Source: Escherichia coli O127:H6 str. E2348/69 (GTDB taxonomy: Bacteria; Pseudomonadota; Gammaproteobacteria; Enterobacterales; Enterobacteriaceae). Taken from it: 64,000 nucleotides of DNA. How positions within the stretch are numbered: the first letter of the stretch is position 1; every line of letters begins with the position of its first letter. The notes beneath the pieces were generated by a model. That model saw only the letters and a program-made list of their open reading frames with translations, did no database searches and was not told where the DNA came from. The stretch lies in NCBI RefSeq assembly GCF_000026545.1, contig NC_011601.1. One strand, given 5' to 3'. This document shows, in pieces, positions 19,992-30,551 of the stretch. Position numbers and translations under genes: made by a program.

Positions 19992-20990
19992 CTAATAGTA
20001 ACTGCGCATCCTTCTTTCTCTGGATATGTTCAAGCGCGCTTTTCTCAGCACCAGCAACAGCGGCTTACTTCTTAACAATTCACAAAGCGTTATCGCCTTC
20101 GGTGAGTACTGTCTGGCTTGCAGCGCCTCTCTACGCTCTACCTCTGCGGCTTTTCTGAGGGCTAGCGTTTGTAAGTTGTAGTATGTTTTATCGCTACATG
20201 TAACGATGATTGGTTTCACATGTGATCGTTCGGGTGAGTCAGCCAGTGTTCGCTGTATCCTGCGGCGCTGCGCTGGTCTTTTTGCTTTTGACGCTTCAAG
20301 TTTCAACTGCGTACGCCGTACTTCAAAGTATCCCGCTGCTTCTGGGGTTATGATCTGCGATGCGTGCGTTGCCCAATTACTGGATGACGCCCATACGGAC
20401 ACTGATAACCAGTCGTACGGGCTTTTTTCTGCTCTGGCATTAAACTCCTTAAGTTTAGTTTTACCTTTTGTAAGGTACGATAGGACTTCAAAACTGTAAA
20501 CGAATCTAACATCTTGATTTTTAATTAAATTATTGCGACCCTCATATGGCTGGCGCTTTACCCACGCAACCAGCAGGTCTCTCGCTATGCTCTCATCTGG
20601 AACTTTCACAATCATGTGTAAATGTAGGGTATCCTGAAACGCCGCCCACTCAACACAATATATCCACGGAATACTGCGTCTCGTAAGCGAGCGTGTGAAT
20701 GTGGTTATCGCCGTTTTCAAAGTCTCCGGCGTGATGCACTGTGCTGGGCGTAAGGTCAGCAAATATACGTTTCCACCTTGTGTAGCATCCAGATCGATAG
20801 AGAGTAGACGTCTTTTGAAGGCTCTAAGCCTGTCAATCGAAAAAGCCACTTTGCGCTTTCTGATGTGGCTGTTTGGGCTTGTTTTCTTTCTTTGCTTGTT
20901 TTGGTTGCGTGGTTTCATGTAAGCGTCAACAAATGCACCACGCTTGCGCACGATGTATTGTTCAGCGCGATCCCCGTGATATAATTTCAT
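19992..20990 (-). CDS. HUH-type rolling-circle replication initiation protein
   Basis: 332 aa; 'TLHLHMIV' gives a His-hydrophobic-His motif; downstream 'SYLTKGK' is a candidate catalytic Tyr; ATG with SD. Confidence 0.55.
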   Translation of the reverse strand: MKLYHGDRAEQYIVRKRGAFVDAYMKPRNQNKQRKKTSPNSHIRKRKVAFSIDRLRAFKRRLLSIDLDATQGGNVYLLTLRPAQCITPETLKTAITTFTRSLTRRSIPWIYCVEWAAFQDTLHLHMIVKVPDESIARDLLVAWVKRQPYEGRNNLIKNQDVRFVYSFEVLSYLTKGKTKLKEFNARAEKSPYDWLSVSVWASSSNWATHASQIITPEAAGYFEVRRTQLKLEASKAKRPAQRRRIQRTLADSPERSHVKPIIVTCSDKTYYNLQTLALRKAAEVERREALQARQYSPKAITLCELLRSKPLLLVLRKARLNISRERRMRSYY

Positions 20991-21042
20991 TGCGAATATG
21001 TTCCTAAAATTACCCGCCTGGCAGGGCGGGTTTTTTTATGTC

Positions 21043-21432
21043 TTACAGGTACTTTTCCCCAATTGCTTGCGTTATCTCTGAGAACGACGATTCAGACACG
21101 TCCCCTCTGATCCCCCTAAGTATTCGTAACGCAGACTCAACCTTGCGTAATATCTTCGTGTATCTTGCATTGGTGCGCCATATACAAAGCATTCCCGCTT
21201 TGTCGAGTCGGTATTTTACCAAATCCCTTTCAGGAATGTGATATGCACCATCCATGCGCTGTTCGACGGGGATACCCCAGTCATTACGTAACAGAGTTAA
21301 AACACGGCTGCGCTCATGTCCACCAGCAGAAGATAAGTACCTGTCAAATTGGGTTGGGGTGAGGCTATGACCATCTAACAGAATATCGCGGATCTGTGCG
21401 GTAGCTTGGTTTCGTGTCAATGCTTTCATCAT
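21043..21432 (-). CDS. hypothetical protein (129 aa; truncated from the 231-aa ORF)
   Basis: Start at internal 'MMKALTRNQ' with SD-like 'aagggg' upstream; the longer ORF form would overlap the HTH gene in another frame. Confidence 0.4.
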   Translation of the reverse strand: MMKALTRNQATAQIRDILLDGHSLTPTQFDRYLSSAGGHERSRVLTLLRNDWGIPVEQRMDGAYHIPERDLVKYRLDKAGMLCIWRTNARYTKILRKVESALRILRGIRGDVSESSFSEITQAIGEKYL

Positions 21433-21439
21433 TTGCCCC

Positions 21440-21622
21440 TTACAGAAACCGGGCTGCGAATTGGTCGAGATCTGCAACCAACCATACTCTGCGCTTTCTG
21501 CCGTTGATAGACTGGACGGTGCAAGTCGGAAAAGCTGGAATGTAACGCTTATATTGGTAAAAGCGTGATAGACAAACGCCAAGATATTGCGCGGATTCTC
21601 GCGCGGTAAGGTAATTTTCCAT
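21440..21622 (-). CDS. AlpA-like excisionase/HTH regulator (60 aa)
   Basis: 'LTARESAQYLGVCLSRFYQYKRYIPAFP...NGRKRRVWLVADLDQFAARF' fits the AlpA/Xis HTH pattern; first gene after the integrase. Confidence 0.6.
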   Translation of the reverse strand: MENYLTARESAQYLGVCLSRFYQYKRYIPAFPTCTVQSINGRKRRVWLVADLDQFAARFL

Positions 21623-21824
21623 AATAACGATCCATGTTTATGTTTTGTCCACATTATGGGGCATCCTGCCCCATAAATACTGTACATAATTTTTTCAATT
21701 ATCCCAAGTCTACAACCAAAAAATCTCCCGCGTAGCAATCCCTATAGTTCGCCCTTGTTCTGTTTCAATTTCATATACGCTAGCTCCACACAAGCTGTAT
21801 CGCCACCATAATTTCGATCTCCGG

Positions 21825-23087
21825 CTAATTACAGTTACTATATTTTTTCATGGGGACGACGTTGTAATCTTCACCACTTTCCAGCGTAACCAGCAGTTCA
21901 GCCCACTGCTCCAATGCAGCTTTTCTCTCTTCAAAATAGTGGTGGCGATTATAAATACCTTCAACACCGGGTATTTTATGATTAAGACATCTTTCAGCTA
22001 TTACAGGATCAATCCCCAATGCTGCCATCTGGGTACGCATCGTACGTCGTAAGTCATGAATGCTAAATGGCTCAACATCAGGCATCTCTTTTAATACTGA
22101 AGGCAAAACCATATTCAGCGTACTGCGACTAACGTGCGATGTAGTCCTCCCCCTCCTTGCCGGAATTAACCAGCGGCTATTACCAGCAAACAGACGGATT
22201 TCCTTGATCCATTCGATAACAGGATCAGCTAGCGGGATGTCTATCTCCTCACCATTTTTTGCTCGATCAGCAGGAAAATGCCAAACTTTTTCATCAAGAT
22301 TAAACTCCGACCACTCGGCAGCGCATAATTCCATCTTGCGAACCCCTAGCGCGAGAATGATTTTAAACGTTAACTCATTCTCTCTGCTAATACCCCGCCC
22401 CTTACGCAGAGCTTTAAAAAACATTACTAGCTCCTCACGCGTGAGTGCTCGCTTACGCCCTTGCTCTTTCCCGCCTGCATCTTTTGAACTAAATGAAATC
22501 GCGGGGTTTACTTCAATCATCCCGCGTACAACAGCATAATCAAAAAGGCGCTTAAGCATTCTTAGCACGTCATTCGCAACGGTAGGAGAACCGCGCTCTA
22601 ATACATTCTGCAAAACATAGTCGATATGTTTCGGGCGTACATCCTCAATTTTCATTTTGCCGATAGATGCGACAATGTTTTTTTGTAAGCTACTGCGAAA
22701 TAACTCCGGATGCTTGTAAGTGGGTTCTATCTGCCGCGAGTAATACTCAGCGGCTAAATCTGATACTCGTTTTGCGTTCTTTTGCGCTTCAATCTTTTCC
22801 AATGCTTCAGCTTTTCGCTTCTGTTTCTCTCCTGCTACGTCATAACCAAGAGAAACACGGGCTGCCAGTTCTCTGGCGACCTCTCTTGCTTTTGCAAGAG
22901 AGAAATCAGTATACGAACCAATCAGCACAACTCGCGATTTTCCGCCTAACTTGTAACGAAAGCGCCAGTTAGGGAGTTTGTCACTTTTCCTAAATCGAAG
23001 ATAAAGCCCGTTTCCGTCTGCCTTACCTTCGAATCTCTCATCGGATTTAATCCAAGCTTTGATTTGTAGGTCAGTTAATTTTGCCAT
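21825..23087 (-). CDS. int: P4-type tyrosine integrase
   Basis: 'MAKLTDLQIKAWIK...GNGLYLRF' N-terminal domain; C-terminal 'HDLRRTMRTQMAALGI...GIYNRHHY'; start set at ATG 23087 with SD 'aggtg' (track start is a GTG at 23096). Confidence 0.85.
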   Translation of the reverse strand: MAKLTDLQIKAWIKSDERFEGKADGNGLYLRFRKSDKLPNWRFRYKLGGKSRVVLIGSYTDFSLAKAREVARELAARVSLGYDVAGEKQKRKAEALEKIEAQKNAKRVSDLAAEYYSRQIEPTYKHPELFRSSLQKNIVASIGKMKIEDVRPKHIDYVLQNVLERGSPTVANDVLRMLKRLFDYAVVRGMIEVNPAISFSSKDAGGKEQGRKRALTREELVMFFKALRKGRGISRENELTFKIILALGVRKMELCAAEWSEFNLDEKVWHFPADRAKNGEEIDIPLADPVIEWIKEIRLFAGNSRWLIPARRGRTTSHVSRSTLNMVLPSVLKEMPDVEPFSIHDLRRTMRTQMAALGIDPVIAERCLNHKIPGVEGIYNRHHYFEERKAALEQWAELLVTLESGEDYNVVPMKKYSNCN

Positions 23088-23131
23088 TACGAACACCTGA
23101 ATACGTTACATCGGGTACGCAAAGCCATCGT

Positions 23132-23216
23132 CACCGTGTACCCAATTTCTAACACCGTGTACCCAAACCGCAAGAACCTCTCTTTGGGTACACTTTTGTG
23201 TACACAATATCTTGCA
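23132..23216. repeat. Integrase-proximal repeat cluster: two direct 'caccgtgtacccaa' copies 21 bp apart, inverted 'tgggtacac', palindrome GTGTACAC; includes right boundary repeat (23185-23216)
   Basis: Read directly from the sequence; position between the integrase start and the der terminator suggests arm-type or regulator binding sites and attachment-site sequence. Confidence 0.5.
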
Positions 23217-23250
23217 TCTTTATGAACTGTTATGACAACTAGTGATAATA

Positions 23251-23280
23251 AAAAAGCCCGCAATATGCGGGCTTATAAGG
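23251..23280 (-). terminator. der intrinsic terminator
   Basis: Hairpin agcccgca-ata-tgcgggct followed on the minus strand by 'tttttatt'. Confidence 0.6.
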
Positions 23281-23312
23281 TTTTGTAGTGTTTAGTGAAT
23301 CGTGATGATTCG

Positions 23313-24785
23313 TTATTTGCTTTTCTTGATATGCTTCATCAAACGCTTACGCTTGCGCATCTGGGTTGGCGTCAGGGTATTACGCTTGTTCGCATACGGG
23401 TTTTCCCCTTCTTTGAACTGAATACGAATCGGCGATCCCATTACGTCCAGCGATTTGCGGAAGTAGTTCATCAGGTAACGCTTGTAGGAATCCGACAGGT
23501 CTTTCACCTGATTACCGTGAATCACCACAATCGGCGGGTTATAACCACCGGCGTGGGCATATTTCAGCTTCACACGACGACCGCGTACCAGCGGCGGTTG
23601 GTGATCTTCAACAGCCATCGTCATGATGCGCGTCAGCATAGAGGTCCCCACACGACGGGTGGAGCTGTCATACGCTTCACGTACTGATTCAAACAGGTTA
23701 CCAACACCACTGCCGTGCAAGGCAGAGATAAAGTGCACACGAGCAAAATCGATAAAACCCAGACGGAAGTCCAGCGTTTCTTTCACCTGCTCTTTCACTT
23801 CCTGGCTCAGGCCATCCCACTTATTCACCACAATGACAAGTGAGCGCCCACTATTGAGAATAAAGCCCAGCAGCGAGAGATCCTGATCGGAAATACCTTC
23901 GCGGGCGTCAATCACCAACATCACCACGTTGGCATCTTCAATGGCCTGCAACGTTTTGATTACCGAGAACTTCTCTACCGCATCGGTGATTTTGCCGCGT
24001 TTACGTACGCCAGCGGTGTCAATGAGCACATACTCACGTCCGTCGCGTTCCATTGGAATGTAGATACTGTCACGCGTCGTGCCAGGCATGTCGTAAACAA
24101 CAACGCGCTCTTCACCAAGAATACGGTTAGTGAGTGTAGACTTACCTACGTTCGGGCGACCCACAATCGCCAGTTTGATCGGCAGACTTTGCGGGTCGAA
24201 GTCGTCTTCCTCTTCTTCTTCGCCGTTCTCTTCCGCTTCAAATTGCGCCCAGTATTCGGCGTCTTCGTCGACTTCTTCTTGCGGTGCGAGATCTTCCATC
24301 CACGGCAGCAGCACGTGCTCCAGCAGACTTAATACGCCACGACCGTGAGACGCGGCGATCGGGTAGATTTCACCTAAACCAAGCGCGTAGAAATCAACCA
24401 CTGCCTGATCGGGATCCAGACCGTCAGTTTTGTTTGCCACCAGGAAGGTCGGTTTTTCACGGGAGCGCAGATGTTTGGCAATCGCTTCATCTGCCGGCAT
24501 AAGGCCCGCGCGCGCATCCACCATAAACAGTACGACGTCCGCTTCTTCAATCGCCAGCAGCGACTGTTCCGCCATGCGGGTTTCTACACCGTCTTCTGTG
24601 CCATCAATCCCGCCGGTATCAATGCAGATAAACTCACGGCCTTCAATTTCCGCACGACCGTACTTACGGTCACGAGTCAGACCCGGGAAATCCGCAACCA
24701 GCGCATCTCGGGTGCGAGTTAGACGGTTAAATAACGTGGATTTTCCTACGTTAGGGCGCCCGACAAGCGCGACCACAGGTACCAT
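23313..24785 (-). CDS. der: Ribosome-associated GTPase Der (EngA)
   Basis: Two GTPase domains ('[14 protein letters not shown]', '[14 protein letters not shown]'); start at internal Met gives 490 aa. Confidence 0.95.
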   Translation of the reverse strand: MVPVVALVGRPNVGKSTLFNRLTRTRDALVADFPGLTRDRKYGRAEIEGREFICIDTGGIDGTEDGVETRMAEQSLLAIEEADVVLFMVDARAGLMPADEAIAKHLRSREKPTFLVANKTDGLDPDQAVVDFYALGLGEIYPIAASHGRGVLSLLEHVLLPWMEDLAPQEEVDEDAEYWAQFEAEENGEEEEEDDFDPQSLPIKLAIVGRPNVGKSTLTNRILGEERVVVYDMPGTTRDSIYIPMERDGREYVLIDTAGVRKRGKITDAVEKFSVIKTLQAIEDANVVMLVIDAREGISDQDLSLLGFILNSGRSLVIVVNKWDGLSQEVKEQVKETLDFRLGFIDFARVHFISALHGSGVGNLFESVREAYDSSTRRVGTSMLTRIMTMAVEDHQPPLVRGRRVKLKYAHAGGYNPPIVVIHGNQVKDLSDSYKRYLMNYFRKSLDVMGSPIRIQFKEGENPYANKRNTLTPTQMRKRKRLMKHIKKSK

Positions 24786-24902
24786 GTTTAAAGCCTCATT
24801 TTTATAAATCATCAGACAACGCACGCTATATTCGTGTCGTTGTTAAAAACAGGAAAACGGCCCCTGTCCAGGAGCCGTTTTCAAAGTGAACGACAGAGAC
24901 GA

Positions 24903-26081
24903 TTAACGTGTAATAGAGTACACGGTTCCGTCTTTTGCCTGGATCAGCAGTTTGCCGTCAGCAGCAACCGGTTCAGTCTGGAAACCGGAACTATCAACTT
25001 TTTGCTGGGCAACGAAACGACCATCTTCGACGTTAATCCAGTGCAGATAACCTTCACTGTCACCTACCACCAGGTTGCCATTATACAGCACCGGAGAAGT
25101 CAGCAGGCGATGCAGCAGATCGCTTTGTGTCCACAGCGTAACGCCGCCATCAATGGTCAACGCCATCACCCGGTCATTTTGATCGACCAGATAGATGCGA
25201 TTGCCGTCGACGATGAAATCATTCACCGAACCCAGTTCGCGTTTCCACATAATCTGACCGCTGCGCAGATCAAGCGCCGTCAGGTTACCATTATAGGCCA
25301 GCGCGAAAACAACGCCGTTAACAACGACGGGAGTCGTGTCAACATCGCTCAGACGGTCAATTTCGGTAGAACCGGTCGCCTGGGAAATACGCTGCTGCCA
25401 AATCATCTGGCCCTGTTCCATCAGCACTGCGCTGACGCGACCATTATCGCCACCCACGACGGCCGCACCAAAAGCCGTTGCCGGCGCAGACTCGCCACGC
25501 AAAGAGAGCGAAGGCATATCGAGGTTAACTGTCCATTTGACAGCGCCGTCAGCTTCGTTCAGCGCTTGTAACTGACCGTTACTGGTGTGGATTAACACCA
25601 GACCGTCGCTGACCACCGGGCGCGAAAGTGCTTCACCCGCGACTTTAGTTTGCCATGCCACAGTACCATCGCTGGTATTCAGCGCGTAAACCTGCGCCTT
25701 TTCGGTGCCAATGTAGACATGCCCACCAGACACGGTCACGCCGCCAGAAAGTAATGCAGGATCTTTAGAGAACCAGCCATCTTTCTCGGCCAGGTTGACA
25801 GACCAGATTTCTTTGCCGTCATCCGCATTCAGCGCTTTTACTAAACCAGCGCGGTCCGCTGCATAGACAACGTTGTCCGCCAGTGCCGGATGAAGATTGG
25901 AATAGAAGTTGCCAATGCCGCTACCAACGGAAGTGCTCCACACAGTAGTCGGCGTAAACTGGTTTTCAACGGTTGGCAATGGGGACATCTTTACCACATC
26001 TTCTTCGCTGTTAAACAGCGAACAGCCGCTTAAAAGGGTAACGGAAAGCAGTCCTGGCAGCAGTAATTTACGCAATTGCAT
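24903..26081 (-). CDS. bamB: Outer membrane protein assembly factor BamB
   Basis: 392 aa lipoprotein ('LLSGCSLF'), recognised as BamB. Confidence 0.93.
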   Translation of the reverse strand: MQLRKLLLPGLLSVTLLSGCSLFNSEEDVVKMSPLPTVENQFTPTTVWSTSVGSGIGNFYSNLHPALADNVVYAADRAGLVKALNADDGKEIWSVNLAEKDGWFSKDPALLSGGVTVSGGHVYIGTEKAQVYALNTSDGTVAWQTKVAGEALSRPVVSDGLVLIHTSNGQLQALNEADGAVKWTVNLDMPSLSLRGESAPATAFGAAVVGGDNGRVSAVLMEQGQMIWQQRISQATGSTEIDRLSDVDTTPVVVNGVVFALAYNGNLTALDLRSGQIMWKRELGSVNDFIVDGNRIYLVDQNDRVMALTIDGGVTLWTQSDLLHRLLTSPVLYNGNLVVGDSEGYLHWINVEDGRFVAQQKVDSSGFQTEPVAADGKLLIQAKDGTVYSITR

Positions 26082-26091
26082 CGGGTCCCTC

Positions 26092-26712
26092 TCAGATGGA
26101 CAAATTATTAATTTTCATCTGCATCATTTCGCTCAGTGCCGGGGTAACATCGCTTTTCACGCCTGCTTCCCATGCACTACGCGCACCTTGCTTATCACCT
26201 TTGCTCAGCAATGCTTCACCACGCAGGTCGGCAACAATGGCAGCCCACCCTTCACCTTTGATGGTATCAAGGGTTTTTAACGCGGCATCAGCCTGCTTGA
26301 GCTGTACCTGAACGCGAGCAAGACGCAGATTTATCACGGCTTTGAGATTTTCATCGCTCGTGTCTGCCAGCCCCTGTTGTAACTGGGCGGCAGCTTTCTC
26401 TAGTTCATTTTTGTCAACAAATTGCTGCGCAAGTTCCAAAGAAGCCAGCACACCATAAGTATTTTTATTTTCAGCAGCAAATTTTTCCGCCGCTGGGATG
26501 CTATCCGGTTTGCCTTCGCTCACTGCGGTAACCGCATTTTGATAGGCAAGAGAAGCGGAGCGTGCAGAATCAACCTGATGGCTGTTCCAGTAGCGCCAGC
26601 CAATCAGTGCGCCAACGCCCAAAATCACCCCAACAGCCAGTGCTTTGCCATTTTCAGCAAAAAAGCGTTTAACCGCTTCAACCTGGTCGTTTTCGTTCTC
26701 GTAAATTTCCAC
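26092..26712 (-). CDS. yfgM: Membrane-anchored TPR-like protein YfgM
   Basis: 206 aa; conserved position between bamB and hisS. Confidence 0.85.
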   Translation of the reverse strand: MEIYENENDQVEAVKRFFAENGKALAVGVILGVGALIGWRYWNSHQVDSARSASLAYQNAVTAVSEGKPDSIPAAEKFAAENKNTYGVLASLELAQQFVDKNELEKAAAQLQQGLADTSDENLKAVINLRLARVQVQLKQADAALKTLDTIKGEGWAAIVADLRGEALLSKGDKQGARSAWEAGVKSDVTPALSEMMQMKINNLSI

Positions 26713-26729
26713 GCTGTCCTTCTCCTTCC

Positions 26730-28004
26730 TTAACCCAGTAACGTGCGCAAATGCGCGGCTACGCTATCCTGCGCAACTGCAGTTTGCTCACCAGAGCGCA
26801 AATCCTTCACTACTGCTGTGCCGTTAGCCACTTCAGACTCACCCAGCACCACAGCAACGCGGGCACCCCATTTATCAGCACGGGCAAACTGTTTCTTAAA
26901 GTTGCCGCCGCCGTGGTTGGTCATCAGTTTCACGCCCGGTAATTCATCACGCAGACGCTCTGCTAATGCCATAGCCGCAGATTGTGTGTCAGCACCTGAA
27001 GCCACCAGGTATATATCGACAACAGGATCGGCTTTAAATTCCGGATTAACGGCCTGAACTAACAATACAAGACGTTCGAGGCCCATAGCAAAACCGACTG
27101 CCGGTGTTGCACGACCACCCAGTTGTTCCACCAGACCGTCATAACGACCACCTGCACACACGGTGCCCTGGGAACCGAGGCTGTTAGTCACCCACTCGAA
27201 AACGGTACGGTTATAGTAATCCAGACCGCGCACCAGACGCTGGTTTACGGTGTAAGCGATCCCCGCGCTCTCAAGCAGTTTGCACAGACCGGCAAAGTGC
27301 TCACGAGATTCCTCGTCCAGATAATCGCCTAATGCCGGAGCGTCGTTGAGAAGCACCTGCACTTCCGGATTTTTTGAATCCAGTACGCGCAGCGGGTTAG
27401 TGTACATGCGGCGTTTGCAGTCTTCGTCCAGCTTTTCTTTATGCTGCTCAAGGAATGCCACCAGCGCATCGCGGTAATTCGCACGAGCTTCCAGCGAACC
27501 GATAGAGTTCAGCTCAAGAGTTACGTGCTCGGAAATACCCAGCGCGCGCCACCAGCGGGCAGTGAGCATAATCAGTTCGGCGTCGATATCCGGACCTTGC
27601 AGACCGAAAACTTCGCAGCCCAACTGATGGAACTGACGATAACGCCCTTTCTGCGGACGCTCGTGACGGAACATAGGCCCGATATACCACAGACGCTGTT
27701 CCTGATTGTACAGAAGACCATGCTCGATGCCGGCGCGTACACAGCCCGCCGTCCCTTCAGGGCGCAGAGTCAGGCTGTCGCCATTGCGATCCTCAAAGGT
27801 GTACATCTCTTTTTCAACCACGTCGGTGACTTCACCAATCGCACGTTTGAATAGCGGGGTCTGCTCTACAATCGGCAAGCGGATTTCACTGTAACCGTAG
27901 CTGCCGAGCACGTTTTTCAGTGTGCCTTCAATGCGCTGCCAGATGGCCGTTTCGCCAGGCAGGTAATCGTTCATGCCGCGAATGGCTTGAATGTTTTTTG
28001 CCAC
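26730..28004 (-). CDS. hisS: Histidine--tRNA ligase (GTG start)
   Basis: '[18 protein letters not shown]...' recognised as HisS; 424 aa. Confidence 0.95.
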   Translation of the reverse strand: MAKNIQAIRGMNDYLPGETAIWQRIEGTLKNVLGSYGYSEIRLPIVEQTPLFKRAIGEVTDVVEKEMYTFEDRNGDSLTLRPEGTAGCVRAGIEHGLLYNQEQRLWYIGPMFRHERPQKGRYRQFHQLGCEVFGLQGPDIDAELIMLTARWWRALGISEHVTLELNSIGSLEARANYRDALVAFLEQHKEKLDEDCKRRMYTNPLRVLDSKNPEVQVLLNDAPALGDYLDEESREHFAGLCKLLESAGIAYTVNQRLVRGLDYYNRTVFEWVTNSLGSQGTVCAGGRYDGLVEQLGGRATPAVGFAMGLERLVLLVQAVNPEFKADPVVDIYLVASGADTQSAAMALAERLRDELPGVKLMTNHGGGNFKKQFARADKWGARVAVVLGESEVANGTAVVKDLRSGEQTAVAQDSVAAHLRTLLG

Positions 28005-28114
28005 GTTTATTCTCTTTCTGAATATAAAAATGAACCCTCAACGCTTCCCTCAATGTTTCGGGAGCCATGCGGGTTCAATCATACACGGGAAGCGAGGCGC
28101 TTCCCATCACGTTA

Positions 28115-29233
28115 TTATTTTTCAACCTGCTGAACGTCAATTCGACGCGCTTCGTCCAGCTGACTGGCTTTCGCACGAATGCGTGCTTCCAGCTGGTCGA
28201 TCATATCGTTGTTGTCCAGACGGTCTTTGCGCACGCCATCTTCATAGAGGCCGCTTTTCTTGTTGCCGCCGGTGACGCCGAGTGTAGAAACCAGCGCCTC
28301 ACCAGGGCCATTCACCACGCAGCCGATAATCGAAACGTCCATCGGAGTGATGATATCTTCCAGGCGTTGCTCCAGCGCGTTAACCGTACCGATAACATCA
28401 AATTCCTGACGCGAACAGGTCGGGCAGGCGATGAAGTTGATCCCGCGCGAACGGATACGCAGCGATTTCAAAATATCGAAACCGACTTTGATCTCTTCGA
28501 CCGGATCGGCCGCCAGCGATACGCGCAGCGTGTCGCCGATGCCTTCAGACAGCAGCAGACCTAAACCAATAGCGGATTTTACTGCCCCGCTACGCGCACC
28601 ACCGGCTTCGGTGATCCCCAGATGTAGCGGCTGATCGATTTGTTTTGCCAGCAAACGATAAGACTCAACAGCGAGGAAGACGTCAGACGCTTTCACGCTG
28701 ACTTTGAACTGATCGAAGTTCAGGCGATCGAGATGATCAACATGACGCATGGCAGATTCCAGCAACGCCTGCGGCGTCGGTTCGCCATACTTTTCTTGCA
28801 GATCTTTTTCCAACGATCCGGCGTTAACGCCAATACGGATCGGAATGTTTTTATCGCGCGCACAGTCAACCACCATGCGAATACGCTCTTCATTACCGAT
28901 ATTGCCAGGGTTAATACGCAGACAATCGACGCCGTATTCCGCTACTTTCAGCGCAATGCGATAGTCGAAGTGGATGTCAGCCACCAGCGGCACGTTAACC
29001 TGCTGTTTGATGAGTTTGAACGCTTCTGCCGCGTCCATCGTCGGTACGGAGACACGGACGATATCAGCGCCAACACGTTCCAGCGCCTTGATTTGATTGA
29101 CCGTTGCTTCGACGTCTGTCGTACGCGTATTGGTCATGGACTGTACGGCGATGGGAGCACCATCGCCAATCGGCACATTCCCAACGTAAATACGTGTTGA
29201 TTTTCTACGTTGAATTGGAGCCTGGTTATGCAT
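28115..29233 (-). CDS. ispG: 4-hydroxy-3-methylbut-2-en-1-yl diphosphate synthase
   Basis: 372 aa; '[36 protein letters not shown]...' recognised as IspG. Confidence 0.95.
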
Positions 29234-29259
29234 GAAAAATCTCCCGCGTTACCCGTCTG

Positions 29260-30267
29260 TTACTGCGCCGGTGATTGTTCGGCATTGAGGGTCAGACGCG
29301 CAACCTGGTTAGTTCTGATAAAACGACTCAGATCGACAGGTTTCCCTTGATACTGGATCTGTACTGCGGCTGGCGCACCAATTTTCAGTTTGTACGGTGC
29401 CTGGCCGGTTAAGTTCAAATTACCGTCTTTACGCTGCATACCGCTAAACAGTTTTTTACCGGTAGCATCGGTGACTTCCAGCCAGCAATCGGCAGTAAAG
29501 TTCATCACCAGCGCATTCGGGTCAACCGCCGGCGTGGTCACGCCAGCCTGATCGGTTGGCAACGGCGCAGCGCCATCTGGTGTTGTTGTTGCCGCTGGTG
29601 CCGGAGTCGCAGCGGTATCAACATTTGCCTGCGAAGGTGGAACAACCGCATTCTGTTGCGGATCAACAGCTGGTGCTGGCGCAGTTACGGCAGGTGTTTG
29701 CGTGTTGGTTGCGGTGGTATCCACAGGTGATGTCGGCGTGGTCGCCATAGCCTGATCTGTGGTTGTCGACGTATCTAACGGTACACTCTGGCTTTGATTA
29801 TTATTCAGTTCCGCAGAAGATTGATCGGCCATAGTGGTGATCTCTTCCTGCTGAGCTTTGTGGTCTTGCCACCACCAGGCACCGCTCAGGCCAATAACCA
29901 CAAACAACACCAGCCAGGTGAAGGTCATCAGCCAGCCGTCACGTTTTTTGCGGCGTTTACCGAGGGAAAAACTCTGCATCGGCGCAACTTTTGCAGCCCG
30001 TAGTGGAGCCTGCTTTTCCAGCCCTGGCAGCAGTTCTTCTTCTGGAATATGTACCAGACGCGCATAAGAGCGGATATATCCGCGCAGGAATGTTGAAGCA
30101 AGATCGGCGGGTGCCTTATCTTCTTCAATGTCGCGTACCGTGGAAACCTTCAGGCAAAGTCGCTCGGCAACGGCCTGTTGACTAAGTCCTAGTTGTTCGC
30201 GAGCATTACGCAGGCGAGCGCCGGTAGTAAGTGCTTCATTTTGGTCGTGCGTGGCTTCAGTATTCAT
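29260..30267 (-). CDS. rodZ: Cytoskeleton protein RodZ
   Basis: N-terminal HTH '[19 protein letters not shown]', TM segment and Pro/Thr-rich periplasmic region. Confidence 0.9.
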   Translation of the reverse strand: MNTEATHDQNEALTTGARLRNAREQLGLSQQAVAERLCLKVSTVRDIEEDKAPADLASTFLRGYIRSYARLVHIPEEELLPGLEKQAPLRAAKVAPMQSFSLGKRRKKRDGWLMTFTWLVLFVVIGLSGAWWWQDHKAQQEEITTMADQSSAELNNNQSQSVPLDTSTTTDQAMATTPTSPVDTTATNTQTPAVTAPAPAVDPQQNAVVPPSQANVDTAATPAPAATTTPDGAAPLPTDQAGVTTPAVDPNALVMNFTADCWLEVTDATGKKLFSGMQRKDGNLNLTGQAPYKLKIGAPAAVQIQYQGKPVDLSRFIRTNQVARLTLNAEQSPAQ

Positions 30268-30551
30268 TCGCTGCAGGTACGTTTAAATGAGAATTGAGAT
30301 GCCGGTGAACCATCATGCTCACCCACACCGCGAAACATCCGTTAAGTTAACCGTTATCATACAGTATAAGACCGTCTGTGTGCTCGTGACAAAGCCCACA
30401 TTCGCTAAGGCTAACTTACTGTTGCATCGTTACATACTGCCTTAAAGTCAGCAAAAACGCACCGTTAATATTGACCAGACAATTGCAACTTAATACTTCA
30501 TTCATAAAAGATTACGCCACGGTACATAAAGTAACCGTGGCGTAATGGCTA

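Larger units (their letters stand above)
15909..23250. mobile_element. Compact (~7.3 kb) integrative element next to der: P4-type integrase, AlpA-like HTH, HUH Rep, origin-like repeats, low-GC cargo operon
   Basis: Bounded by an imperfect ~32-bp direct repeat (15909-15944 and 23185-23216); integrase start is adjacent to the right repeat; all genes on the minus strand. Confidence 0.6.

Noticed and set aside
21043-21738. 231-aa long form of the ORF downstream of the integrase
   Set aside because: Its N-terminal third overlaps a clear AlpA-like HTH gene (21440..21622) in another frame; truncated to the internal Met at 21432.
23097-23312. Possible tRNA or tmRNA target gene at the integrase junctions (also 4340..4531, 15340..15960)
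   Set aside because: P4-type integrases often target tRNA 3' ends, but no cloverleaf-compatible sequence or T-arm consensus was seen at any junction; both elements appear to sit in intergenic DNA.
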